Assembly: GCA_030704615.1 (NCBI GenBank) | Contig: CM060731.1 | Location: forward strand, 67,952,001 to 68,016,000 | DNA length: 64,000 bases | DNA from: Takakia lepidozioides | Taxonomy: Eukaryota; Plantae; Bryophyta | Reading direction: 5' to 3' | Part shown: positions 26,400 through 37,999 of the stretch, piece after piece | Position numbering within the stretch: the first letter of the stretch is position 1 | Layout of the letters: the number at the start of each line of letters is the position of its first letter | The notes under the pieces: generated by a model | The model's input: the letters and a program-made list of their open reading frames with translations, nothing else | What the model was told of the DNA's origin: nothing | Database searches by the model: none | Translations under genes and position numbers: made by a program

Positions 26400-27150
26400 C
26401 AACCGAGGCAAAAAGGTGAATGCCTATCAGATTACCAAATGTCATTCTGAACACTGCCCCTGCCCTGGTGGACATGTAGCCAAATGTGTGTGCATCGAGG
26501 ATAAGGGATCAGTGTTCAACTCTATGGCTGAACGAGATGTGGTGTTGTGGAGTGCGATGCTTGCAGGGTATGCACAACAGGGGTGCAGGATGGAGGCTCC
26601 AACCTTTGAGCAAATGATGGGGGAAGGGGTGAAGGCCCCCGACATAACGTTTGTGGAAGTTTGCAGTGCGTATGGCAGCCCTGGAAAAAGGCAAAGAGAT
26701 CCCTGGTGACATCATCAAATCTGCAATTGTACCAAAATTTGTCATCCTGAACATTGCTCTAGTGGCCATGTATGCCCAATGTGGGAGCATTGAGGATGCC
26801 AAGGGAGTGTTCAACACTATGGCTGAATGAGATGTGGTGTCGTGGAACGCGATGCTTGCAGGGTGTGCAGAGCAGGAGCGCGAGATGGGGCTTTGGAGAC
26901 CTGAAAGCAGATGATGGGGGAAGGGGTGAAGCTCGACCACATCATGTTTGTGTGCGTTTGCAGTGCGTGTGCAAGCCTGCAGCCCTGGAAAAGGGCAAAG
27001 AGGTGCATGGTTGCATCACCAAAGCTGGAATGTACCAGATCTGATTATTAACAATACCCTTGTGGACATGTATGCCATTGTGGGAGCATTGAGGATGCGG
27101 AGGGAGTGTTCAACACTATGGCTGAACAAGGTGGTGTCGTGGAACACGAT
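26400..27150 (+). pseudogene. Degenerate PLS-class PPR repeats
   Basis: VFNSMAERDVVLWSAMLAGYAQQG...EQMMGEGVK.PDITF; LVAMYAQCGSIEDAKGVF; frameshifts. Confidence 0.85.
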
Positions 27151-27239
27151 TCATCCAAGAGGTCGATTTTAAACACAAGATTACTTCTGATTCCCTGCGG
27201 ATCAATAGCTACAAGAAAGCTGCGTGGGTAGATGGTCAA

Positions 27240-28430
27240 CTGGAAACAGCAGCGGCAGCAGTGACAATGTCACCATGGACCTCTTCCCCCTTTTCCAGAG
27301 CTCCCAGGCTTGCACACGCATTGCATTCTGCTAACATTACATTCCACGTGATCAAAGATCGTTGAGGCATTCTGTTGAACACTTGGTGAGCATCAATGAT
27401 GCTCCCGCACATAACATACATGTTGACAAGGGTGTTGAGTAGAAAAACATTTGACGTGAATCCACTTTGGATGATGTGAGTATGCACCTGTTTTCCAGCT
27501 TCCAAACCTTCCATCTTGATGCACTTAAGCAAGAGACATACACACATATCTGAATCTGGTGAAATGCCTTGTGATGTGGTTAGGCTTCACCCCTTCCCCC
27601 ATCATTTGCTCATAGGTCTCCAAAGCCTCCATCCCGTGCCCCTGCTGTGCATACCCTGCAAGCATCACGTTCCACGACACCACATCTCGTTCAGCCAGAG
27701 TGTTGAAAACTCCCCTCACATCCTTAACGCACCCACATTTGGCAAACATGTCCACAAGGGCAGTGTTCAAGATGACATCTGGTACAATTCCAGCTTGCTC
27801 CTAGGCTTTCACACGCATTGCAAACACAAACAAATGTGATGTGGTTGGGCTTCACCGCTTCGCACATCATTTGCTCATATGTCTCCAAAACATTCCTACC
27901 ACACCTATGCTTGGTAAATCCTATCAACATAATATTCCACGTGATCAAAGATCATTGAGGCATTATGTTGAACACTTGGTGAGCATCCCTGATGTTCCGG
28001 CACTTAACATACAGGTTGACAAGGGTGTTGAGTAGAAAAACATTTGGCGTGAATCCACCTTGGATAATGTGAGTGTGCACCTGCTTTCCAGCTTCGAGAC
28101 CGTCCATCTTGATGCACTTAAGCAAGAGACAGACACATATTTGAATCTGCTGAAATGCCTCATTGGTTTAGAGTCTGTAGAGCCTCTGTCAGGCTGTCGC
28201 TTAAAGTATCTTCACATGCCCAGAAGTGCCAGAAGAGGCATTGTGGACTCCCTCTCTTGATCCTCTTTCAGAAGCTGTGGTCATGGTTGAGGTGCCTGAT
28301 TTTATCAACTATGCCACTGCAGCTACTGCCTTTAGTTGACCATCTACCCATGCAGGTTTCTTATAGCTACTGACCCCCACATGGAATCAAGGTAATCTGG
28401 AGCTTGAAGTCCAGCCCTTTTGGATGAATC
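27240..28430 (-). pseudogene. Inverted block of PPR N-terminal region and PLS repeats (segment duplicated at ~27330-27560 and ~27935-28160)
   Basis: GKQVHTHIIQSGF.SNVFLLNTLVNMY..CGS..DAHQVFNRMPQRSLITWN; GVKPNHITFVCVCNAC. Confidence 0.85.
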
Positions 28431-28439
28431 TGGACCCAC

Positions 28440-29187
28440 ACTCTATTGTACCAGATGTCATTTTGAACACTCCCCTGGTGGACATGTATGCCAAATGTGG
28501 GTGCATTAAGGATGCAAAGGGAGTTTCCATGGCTGAACGAGATGTGGTGTCGTGGAGTGCGATGCTTGCAGGGTATGCACAGCAGGGACGTGGTATGGAG
28601 GCTTTGGAGACCTATGATCAAATGATGGGGGAAGGGGTGAAGCCCGACCACATCACGTTTGTGTACATTTGCAATGCGTGTGTAAGTCTGTCAGCTTTGG
28701 AAAAGGGCAAAGAGGTCCATGGCGACATTGTCAGATCTGCAATTGTATCAAATGTCATTTTGAACAATACCCTCGTGGACATGTATAAAGGGAGTGTTCG
28801 ACGTTATGGCTGAACGAGATGTGCTGTCGTGGAGTGCGATGATTGCAGGATATACACAGCAAGGGTGCGGGATGGAGGCTTTGGAGACCTATGAGCGAAT
28901 AATGTGCGAAGGGGTGAAGCCTGCACTTTGCATTGCATGATGTTGAGGAAGAGCTTAAAGAATCGTCTCTTTGCCACCACAATGAGAAGCTGGCCATTGT
29001 TTTTGGGCTTATCAGCACACCCTCTGGGATGTCTTTAGGGATCATCAAGAATCTTTGGATGTGTGGTGATTACCACACAGCCACCAAATTCATCTCAAAG
29101 ATAGCTAAGCAAGAGATTGTTGTACGGGATGCAAACCGCTTTCACCACTTCCAAAATGGTGTTTGTTCTTGTGGGGAGTATTGGTGA
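28440..29187 (+). pseudogene. PLS PPR repeats fused to the C-terminal part of a DYW deaminase domain
   Basis: [27 protein letters not shown]...[20 protein letters not shown]...[20 protein letters not shown]; E/E+ region and PG box missing; CxDC changed to CGDY. Confidence 0.9.
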
Positions 29188-29875
29188 AATGAAATGCTTG
29201 TCATCTAATTGAATGTATTGAACTATGTCAACTGTGAGTCAGGTTGGACTCCAACAGTGGCAACAAAGGCACACGAAATCTCTTTTTGGAGAGGAATTCT
29301 CAACAATAGGTTTTGAACATAATTGGACCTTGCGAATGTTGAAACTGTAGAACAAGTTCAGAAACTGTCCTAGTTGATGAACAGAGGTGCAGTGACTAGG
29401 TCTTGATGGTCTTCAAGAGGGTCACTCTCTGATGAAATACCCAGGATTGCATATCAGAAAATAGAAACTTTCTTCAGGCCTCTTGCACATCGGGCATTGA
29501 CAATGTCCCTTTCCTCTCGGCATCTGATTATTGTTCAAAGTGAGATTCCACAACAAGTTTTAACGAGGGCAAGCAATTTTTTTAATTAATTTATTAGATT
29601 TTATTCTATTTTTAAATGAATAAACTTGATATAATATAAAAACATACATATACATATTTGAGGGTATTTTTTTATTATTGAAAAGGGTACATACAGAAGG
29701 GGGTACTTTTTAAAAATTGCAAATTTCTATATATTTACAGGAGGGGGTTTTATAATCTTCAAAATGTATGTACAGAGGGGGTATAAATGATCCAAGGACC
29801 CGTATACAAGGGGTTTTTTTATTAGGCGGCGAACGCACGTGATACAGACATTTTATAAAGAGTGCATCCCCCAGG

Positions 29876-30005
29876 GGAGAGAGAGGTGAACAGTAGAGTG
29901 GTCGAAGCCCGGAGCTATGGTCCAATCTGACAATCCAGTTTAAGAAATGCTCGGAGCAGTAAAATCTATCTAAGCGAGCAAGAGAGCGGTTAGGAGGTAC
30001 CCTAT
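29876..30005 (-). mobile_element. Continuation of the L1 endonuclease on the far side of the pack element
   Basis: SLARLDRFYCS and FDH (SDH-like) motifs; cut at 30006 by the LTR. Confidence 0.8.
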
Positions 30006-32820
30006 TGTTAGACCAAGTGTCATGGTTTTAGTCATGGTTATCTAGAATTACCTACTTCTAGTCAACTATGACATTTTATATATTTATATTTATGTTTTGT
30101 GTGTTGGGACTTCATTTGGTCTCACATGCCAAGTGAGGTGTCGAGCCTCATTTGGGACATGGGGATAGGTTTCCCCCTTGTGAGGATCATCTTCTTGTAG
30201 TTGAGCCTCCATGAGCCTTTCTCCATGAGCCACCTCCATAGCTCTAGGTATTGAGAGGGAGTGTGGTGAGGGCTTTGTAGGGTGGATTCCGTTAGCAAGG
30301 GTGCCCTTGGCTTGACTTAGTTTATGTGATTGAGTGGATTCATGAGTGGAGTGTTTCCATTATGTTCGCTTTCATTATCACTACAAGAAGATGACCTTAT
30401 GCTCGTGAGTTCGGAGTGGAAGGGTTAGTTTAGCACTTGTGTGTTGAAGAGAGCTTGGTAGAGAGCTCTTGTGTTGCAAGGTGTTACAGGTGTTGCAAAG
30501 GAAAATCCTTGTGGCGTGGAGAACATGGATGTTAGGGTTTGAGAAGCATTACTTTGCTCTATAGAGGTGGAGCGCTTAAAGAGAGAGCTCTCACATCACA
30601 AAGCTTGCATGGTCTTGCAAGGGACAATGCTTGTATATGCACTAAGGGTTTGAGAGCTTGGAAAATAGTTCTTACATCACAAGCGAAGCATCTTATGTGT
30701 GGAGATATAGACACTAGGGTTTCAAGAGTAAGCTCTAGTTGTTCATGGTGTGAAAGAGAAGCCAAAGGGCGGCACATGCTTGGGTTGGAATCACCAAAGA
30801 AGGACTACAATAAGGGTAGCTTGAGGAGCATTGAGTAGCTCAAGAGAAGCTAAGAAGTGGTTGTTCTCTCCATGGTGAAAAGAAGCCAAATGGGGTTTCA
30901 TTTGGTTGACAAACAAGCAAGCTAAGGCGCTAGAAGGGAGTGCTTTTGCTAATTCTATGAGTTCTTAGATTGCTCTTGGTGAAGCAAGTGGTTGACCAAG
31001 CAAGTGACGCATGTATGGAGCATGCTTTCCAAGTGCGGCTTCCAACTTTAAGCTTGAGGAGAACTAGAAGGTGAAGGGAACAAGTTCATTCCTTTGTGTA
31101 TGAGGTGATGCTTATGTGGACATGTTTTCAGCCCATTGAGGCTTCTATTTTCAAGCCTTGGAGAGCAAGAAGAAATGAAAAGGGCTGGTTTCCACTTGGG
31201 TGAAGGAAAAGCACTTGTAGAACACATGTTTGAGTTGGGGTTTCAACCTTAAGCTTGAGGAGAGCACGACTCTTGAGCTTGCAAGTGAAGGGACTTGAAT
31301 CTTCCTCTTTGCATGAGATGGAGATGTATTGATGCTTGGAGAAGCAACACATAGAAGCCAAGAGTGGAGCATGTGTGTGGATGGCGAAAGAAGAACACAT
31401 GAATGAGTGCAAGACTTGGTTGCTTGTCAAATGAGGTAAAAAGCTTGATTCTTGAGCTCCAAAGAGAAGTGAAGCTTGTTGTGTGGCAAATGCATTGCTA
31501 GGTGAGATGGAACCAAGCTTGGTTGTGGCTTGAGGTGAAGAAGATCAAGGTAGTTTGCCTTGGTATCTCATAGAAGTCATGGATGCTTGAGGAGAGCAAG
31601 CATGAAGCTGGAAGCCCAAACCCTAGCTTGGAATGCACAAACCCTAGCATGAGATGCACATGAAACCCTAGGTTCATGGGAACGGTCACCAAAGTGTGGG
31701 AACGGTCATTATAGGCTGGGAACATAGTGACATATAAAGACAATATAGGGCTTTTGGAGGATTTTCAAGGGCCTTTTGGAGGATTGTTTGGGGGATCTTT
31801 GGGGTCCTTTGAGGAGCTTTTGGAAGACACTCTGAGGTGCTTTTGTAAGGCACTTTGAAGAGCTTTTGAAGAGGTATTTGGATGACTGTTTGGAGGACTA
31901 TTTGCGGTCCTTGAAGGCCAAGTTTTGGCGAGTCTTTGGAGCCTTTGGAGGGCTATGTGGAGGACCATTTGGGGTCCTTGAAAGCCAATATTTGGCAAGT
32001 TTTTGGAGCCTTTGGAGGGCTATTTGGAGGGTTGTTTGGGGTCCTTGGAGGCCAATATTTCGGCGAGCTTGAGAAGTCCTTGGCGACTTGTTGAAGGAAT
32101 ATTTGGGGTCTTTGAGGGCCAAGACTTTGCAGGCTCTTGGGGCTTTGGTGGACTGTTTGGAATAGCATTGTGTAAGCTTTGGGAGCCTTAGTGAGATTGT
32201 TTGAGAGACATCTTGAGGGCTCTTAGAGAGTTATTTGAGAGATCCTTGAAAGGTCTTGTCTATTGCTTAAGCAAGAGAGTGTGGAGATAGGGTAGTGGGA
32301 TGATAGCATGTTGTGATAGGAATTGCTTTAGTCTCTCTTCCGTGTAGTCTTCCACCCTCTTTGTAGGCCAAAACCTTTCCATAGGTGGAGGCAAGAGTCA
32401 GTCCGGGTTTGGGCTGCATGGGGTGTCTTGCAAGAGCGACACTGTGGAGTGTTTTTGGTATGGGGGAGTTACTGTTTGATTTTCTTGTGTTTGGATCCCC
32501 TCCACACCTGCATGCTTGACTGTGCGCCATGTCAGTTTTGTGTGGGCGCTTGTTTTCATACGAGGTTGGTCTGAATTTGATTACTGACCAATCCTAGAGC
32601 GTGCTGTCGGTGGTGAGGCTGGGGTGATGACCAGTCAGACCATCATTGTTCTCTTATGGTGAGGCTGGGTTAATGACCAGCAGACCATAGAAGTGCTTGC
32701 GGCGGATACAGGTGCAGGTACAGGTTTACGTTATGAACCTAGTAGTCTAAGCCATAAGCTGCAACAGGTTCTCTATCCGGTTACCTTGTGGAAAGGGGGA
32801 TTAAAGATAGGTTTACAACA
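30006..32820 (+). mobile_element. Putative ~2.8 kb 5' LTR of the Ty3/Gypsy element
   Basis: Starts TGTT exactly where L1 homology stops; ends AACA just before gag; degenerate GA/GT-rich repeats 31750-32230; partner LTR not in window. Confidence 0.6.
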
Positions 32821-34599
32821 GGTGTGGTTGTGAGTTTTCATCACGGAGGTGTCACTAGTTACTGAGGGAAGTGCCGGTACGAGCAATAGCGATACTAGTG
32901 GGTATATGAGACGAGGTGTGCGGTTTAGGCCACCTTCACCTTCTGTGTCTTCTAAGGAGGGTTCTGATTCAGACTCTGAGGGCTCCACGCAGACAAATAC
33001 AAGCTTTTTCCGTGCCATTGTTATGGGATACGATGGAGGAGATGTATGGAGCTACCAAGGGGCCTCGGAGGTACTCTGGAGCTGTGGGCACCATCGAGCT
33101 TGATGATTTCATACAAGAGTTTGACAGTTGATGTTACTTGCAGCAGATGCGCAATCCACAGCTGTTTACACCCTTTATGGCGTGGAAGGGATTGTTTCAA
33201 CACCTCGAAGGGCCTCCCATGGATGACTACCATGAGTTTAGGCGGGGACATGAGGTGAAAATTGAGGAGTGGCGAGAGTATTGGTCACCTCACTATGTCT
33301 CCTTCACTAGAGGCACAAGGGCAACGACGACACCAGCAGCTATACCAACATCTCCAACTACAAGCAGTAGTAGTGGGACAAGTGATACAGGAGCTGGGAA
33401 ATCCACTCAAGCTCATGCTGCTGCACCAGCACCCGTGCCTGCCTTTAACCCAGTTGTGGAGTTCTTCGAGGAGTTGAGGAGAAATTGATAAGGACAGAGA
33501 AGTTGCGGAGCTTGCAAGAATTTCAATGGAGGCCTACTGAGAGTTTGAGAGAGGCTCACGCTCACATGAGGCGCTTGATAAATGTAACCCAAGGGGTTAC
33601 AAAAGCTCAGGCAGTCCAATTCTGGTATGGGATATTGGACAAGGAGCTGAGGAGAAGGGTACGGGATGCAACTCTCCTACAAGTGGACCAACCCACCTTA
33701 GCAAATGTGTTTTGCTGGCAGAGCGGATAAAGCTCAATATGGTGGAGTAGCGAGTGGCTATGGTGGGGTATGGCAAAGAGACGCAACGAAGTGGGGCTCC
33801 TAGCCAACAACAACCACTAAACCAACGTGTGCAAGGCAACAAGGGGGCTCAGGTGAAGCCCAGGGAAGGACAGAGATGATATCAGATGTAGATGTCTCTT
33901 CCTTCATTCTCAGGCCAACAACAGTCGGGTATGACTTGTTGGGATTGTGGAGGACCCCATGTCAAGAAGGACTGCCCGGAGAGGAGCAAAGCGCCGGCAC
34001 ATGCACAACCCAACGACGCAATGGCGTGAGCGTTGCACGTGAGCGCACGAGCGTACGCTCACGCAGGAGTGACGTGGCGTGAGCGTCATGTCAGCATGCT
34101 GATGTGGCGGTAAATGATGACGTGGCACTGTCCGTCATCTGCCACGTCAGCATTAACATGCGCCGCCTATAACCGTGGATGGTCCTATGACCGTGGAATT
34201 AATGCAGGGAATGTTGCCTAAATAGAATCAAAACGAGCGTTGAGGCCTACAATTGCAGCATCCAACATTGTGCAATTACAAATGCTTGTTTCACTTTTAC
34301 AATTACGAGGACGAAAAAATATCCTCATAAAGTGTGCGCCATAAAGGCTGCCACGGGAAGACCTTCCTCCCTCCTCAAATAACAATAAGAGTTAGTATCA
34401 TCTTCAAAAGATGATTGTAGTGCATAGCGACAGCAAGACATGTAGACTTCGAACGGTGCAATGACAAATGTGCACTACCTAAAAGTTGTCACTCAGAGCT
34501 CACTCCGTATAGTTGGAGGCCATATCATTGCACCGCCGACGAATTGATGTGAATTACACATTTCAAATCATGGTCGTCCACATACCACATTGCATAGTT

Positions 34600-36524
34600 G
34601 ATGCTACCCATGTGTTGTATCTCGCTGCAAAAGAGTATCGACCTCGTTGAAAACTCATAGTGGCCTGGTGAATGAAGTTGTCACGTTTGGGATCGCAAAC
34701 CATCCTCTTCAAAAATATGAAATACAAATGTTTGCAGGGTATGAATTACCTCTCTTGCCCAAACTGGTTGATAGCATATTCACAAAATCAGGACATGTGC
34801 AATTGGGGAAATTGGAAACCGTGATGTCGTAGGTCCTGTCATGAACAGCAGATGTGGAAGTGATGATTGTGAATACCCGACCATATCCTGGATCGGGTAC
34901 TTCCGTGGTGCTTCCAACACGAGCTTGGAGCATTCTTGCGGACTCCACTTTGCCAAAGTGTTCAGCGGTTGGAGGGAAACGCCGAACGAGCTTTCCATCT
35001 CGTTGGTTGGCCACAAGTCAGGATTTGCCGGGGGGACCGGGGAGGACGCAGAAGTAGTAGCACATGCATGGAGTTGGGGTTGTCTCGCAAGGGAAAAACC
35101 TGCCTCCTCCAGCATTTCAATCTCCTGAAAGCTGAGATGTGTTCCCACCTTCACGGGCCAAACGGTTGGAGGAGATGGCTTCATCACTACGGAAGGACGC
35201 ATAGTTCCATGCACACATCTGGCACAATCATCTGCGCAGAACCAGAACTTGTGGTTCTTGGCTTCTGGTTGACCGTATGGACGCATCAAGCCCGTGAAAG
35301 TCGGAGCAGGAGTTCGGGCACCACCTCTGGATATAAATGAAGTGCACTTCTCGAAATTAGTTGTCCTGATCGCTGTACATTTCACACGAGACCCTACACT
35401 TGTGCGTTCTATGTGCCAAACGTGGTCGGGGCATGCGGACTCAAGCACATCAAGGGGGTTGTTTCTCTCCTGCACCATTTCAGTGGCACTGTTTGATGCT
35501 GGAGCTTGCCGTTGTGTTGGAGGTTCCTCCACAATGGAGGTTCCGGACATGGAGCTGTCATGCAAGGGAACACGAGGCTTCGAGAAGTTATCACGGTCTG
35601 CCCTGTGGGAATCTGAATCCGAACCAGGTGGAGTGTTCAATTTCCTCTTACAGGAGCCGAATCTCTCCTCCCCTTCAAGATGTGGAACTCTAGAAACAAG
35701 TGGCGTTCCCAGGGCATACATGCTCACCGCCCATGCTATCTTGATTGGATCCCCAGATTTGTTTGCAGCACGCAACATCAACTCCCATTTGTCCGGACCC
35801 TTGCCACAAACCCCACCTCGTAAGAAATCACGGTATCGGGTTTGTTGTTGCAAGGCACGTATCAAATCATCTGTTGTTGCCACATACAAATCCCGACCTC
35901 GTTTCCCAGACTGCTGCAACCATGCGTTGTGCACAGTTTCTGCCAAATTGCAAGATGGCATGTCCGCCATTTCCTCAATGGACATGTTCTGCAAAGTGCA
36001 GAACCACACTTCAAAATAGTGAACAGAAAACAACATAAAGAAAGCGAGGACACAATAAAATGGAAAGCAAATGTATGAAAAAAAATATATATATATAAGC
36101 CTCGTACCAATGGCATGGCTGCTCCCCACTGTCTATACTGGAAGTGCCAAAACGCCAGCCAATCTTCCAATGCTCTTATACTCTCAAGTGATGTAGCTCC
36201 AGAAGAGAACCACCAGGCACGAATTGTCTGGAACAAAGTGTCCGCCTTCTTCATTGTTCTAGCATCTTTGTACTCTTTGCACAATTTACGGTGCTGAGTC
36301 TGCATCTCTGGTTTGATGTCCGACTTTGTATGTTTTTCCAGAGGTTGTGTCCAATGGAATAGACATGTACGCTCTCTTCCTGACATAGGCACTTTTGGGT
36401 CGCCCGATCCGAAGACAATACGAATAGCATTGAAATTTGCTTGAGCACTATCCACCATGAAACCTGCGAAATTTGGAGATGGCAGCCCATGGCAGCCCAT
36501 GACACGTATCAGGGAATTCCACAT
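34600..36524 (-). pseudogene. MULE DDE transposase C-terminal half with SWIM zinc finger (intron ~35990-36106); N-terminus missing at this position
   Basis: FMVDSAQANFNA...CLFHW (MULE D and CxxH), CNLAETVH (E), SWIM CTCPDF...PCKH. Confidence 0.8.
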
Positions 36525-37351
36525 GAGCTTCAGTAAAATAAAGAGACTTTATTCTCTTTCGTATTGTAGAAGGAACCCTCTCCAGCTTGACTATTCTCTC
36601 TCTAAGCGCGAAAAGTAGAAAAACACAGTGACTCCCGATTTCTTGCGGGATTGCCTGCGTTCTTGCGTGTCTCTAGAAGCATCGGATTCCCTCTCGCGTG
36701 ACCGTTACACATAGTCGTTCCCTTATTAGTGCACATGCCAGCAATTGGTGTACAGCTGTTCGTATTCAGTTATGGATGTCTGATGTGTGTCGCCCAAAAT
36801 AAACGGCGTGTTCTTTATTAGAACGGTTTCAATATTTAAAAATAACAGCGAATCCCAGAAATCTTGGCGCACAGTCTTACACAAATAAATGTAAATGAAC
36901 GAGAGTTTGATGACAAATCTTGGAATATCATACACGGTCATCTTTGTTAGCCAAACCCCACATTCGTTTCACATTTGGAACTTTCCAGGTGCGCATGATC
37001 ATTGGTAGTAGTATAAAGATACATTTACTTAATCTGCAATCCCATCCTCAGATCCTGTGGCATGCTTCCAGGAAGTCGGCTTTGTTATTGGGTTTAAAAG
37101 ATGAGGTTCTGGTTAACGGTTTAACAGCTGCCGACACTGCTCCTAGGGATACTGTGACCACTGGGCCCACAAGAAAAGTAATTAAAATGGACGGCTGCAT
37201 ATCTGGAAATAATAACATAATATGCACAGTCGTTGTCTGAGCTTCCTCCGCCATATTCTCTGCTCATTCTTCAACTGTGTTCTGGAGACATCAGTAAACC
37301 GATTTACACTAGATCTGCGATAGCAAGGTACAAACGTACGCGAGGAAGGAA

Positions 37352-37935
37352 GATGGCTTCCTCTGAAGCGGAGTTCTTCTCTGACGACAAACCAGTGCCG
37401 TTCTCCCAGGAAGTCCTTGACAATGGATTTGCAATTGTTCTGGAACATGTCTTGGCTACCCGTTTTCAGCTGCAGAATGGCTCCATCTTTTTGGAGAAAG
37501 AGGTGTACGATCTTAAAGGGAAGTTGTTGAAATACTCTTTCCAAAACCGTGATGAGACGGCTCATATCAGCCAGTGGAGAGTGCGTCCTGGTCGATACAG
37601 AGTACTTGGAGAGCCTCGGCGAAAGTCCCTTGGGTCATATGTGACGCCCGGGACTGCTGCTTCGGTCGTTGAAGACAAGAGGGAGGTGGTGGTGAAAAAA
37701 GAACAGACGTCCTCCACTCCAATCGTTGAGCTTTCGGATTCTTCCGATGATGACATAAGTGAAATTCCAAATCCAGTCCTTCCTACTGTGATTGGAGAAG
37801 CTGATGAAGAAGAGATTTGTAGTATCATTCCAAAATTGCGGGCGATGGGAGGAATGGCTGGATTTAAAAGTGAGTTGCGGGGAATTGATTGGGAATCTTT
37901 GAAGCAGGTGCCTGTGAAGTTCTTGCCGGAGACTT
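37352..37935 (+). pseudogene. ORF of uncertain identity within the MULE, possibly the inverted transposase N-terminus
   Basis: Open ~195 codons MASSEAEFF...IDWESLKQVPVKFLP, then an abrupt compositional junction. Confidence 0.4.
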
Positions 37936-37999
37936 CTGCCTTGGCCCTGTGTTCTCCAACAAACGACGCCTCGTCATTTGCTCTCTTGCTCTGCGTCTC

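Larger units (their letters stand above)
24893..29875. mobile_element. Pack-type TIR DNA element (4983 bp) carrying PPR-DYW gene material; no transposase
   Basis: TIRs CCTGGGGG(G)TGCACTC...CACGTGCGT / ACGCACGTG...GAGTGCATCCCCCAGG; exact 8-bp TSD GGAGAGAG (24885-92, 29876-83); removal restores the L1 frame FDHSTVHLSLHTPGARVRGRGFFKLN. Confidence 0.85.

Noticed and set aside
28933-29187. Active stand-alone DYW deaminase
   Set aside because: No real start or PG box, and a zinc-ligand Cys is replaced by Tyr
31750-32230. Short ORFs in GA/GT-rich repeats
   Set aside because: Low-complexity LTR-internal repeats with no protein motif
35294-36019. 241-aa plus-strand ORF
   Set aside because: Antisense shadow of the MULE transposase exon
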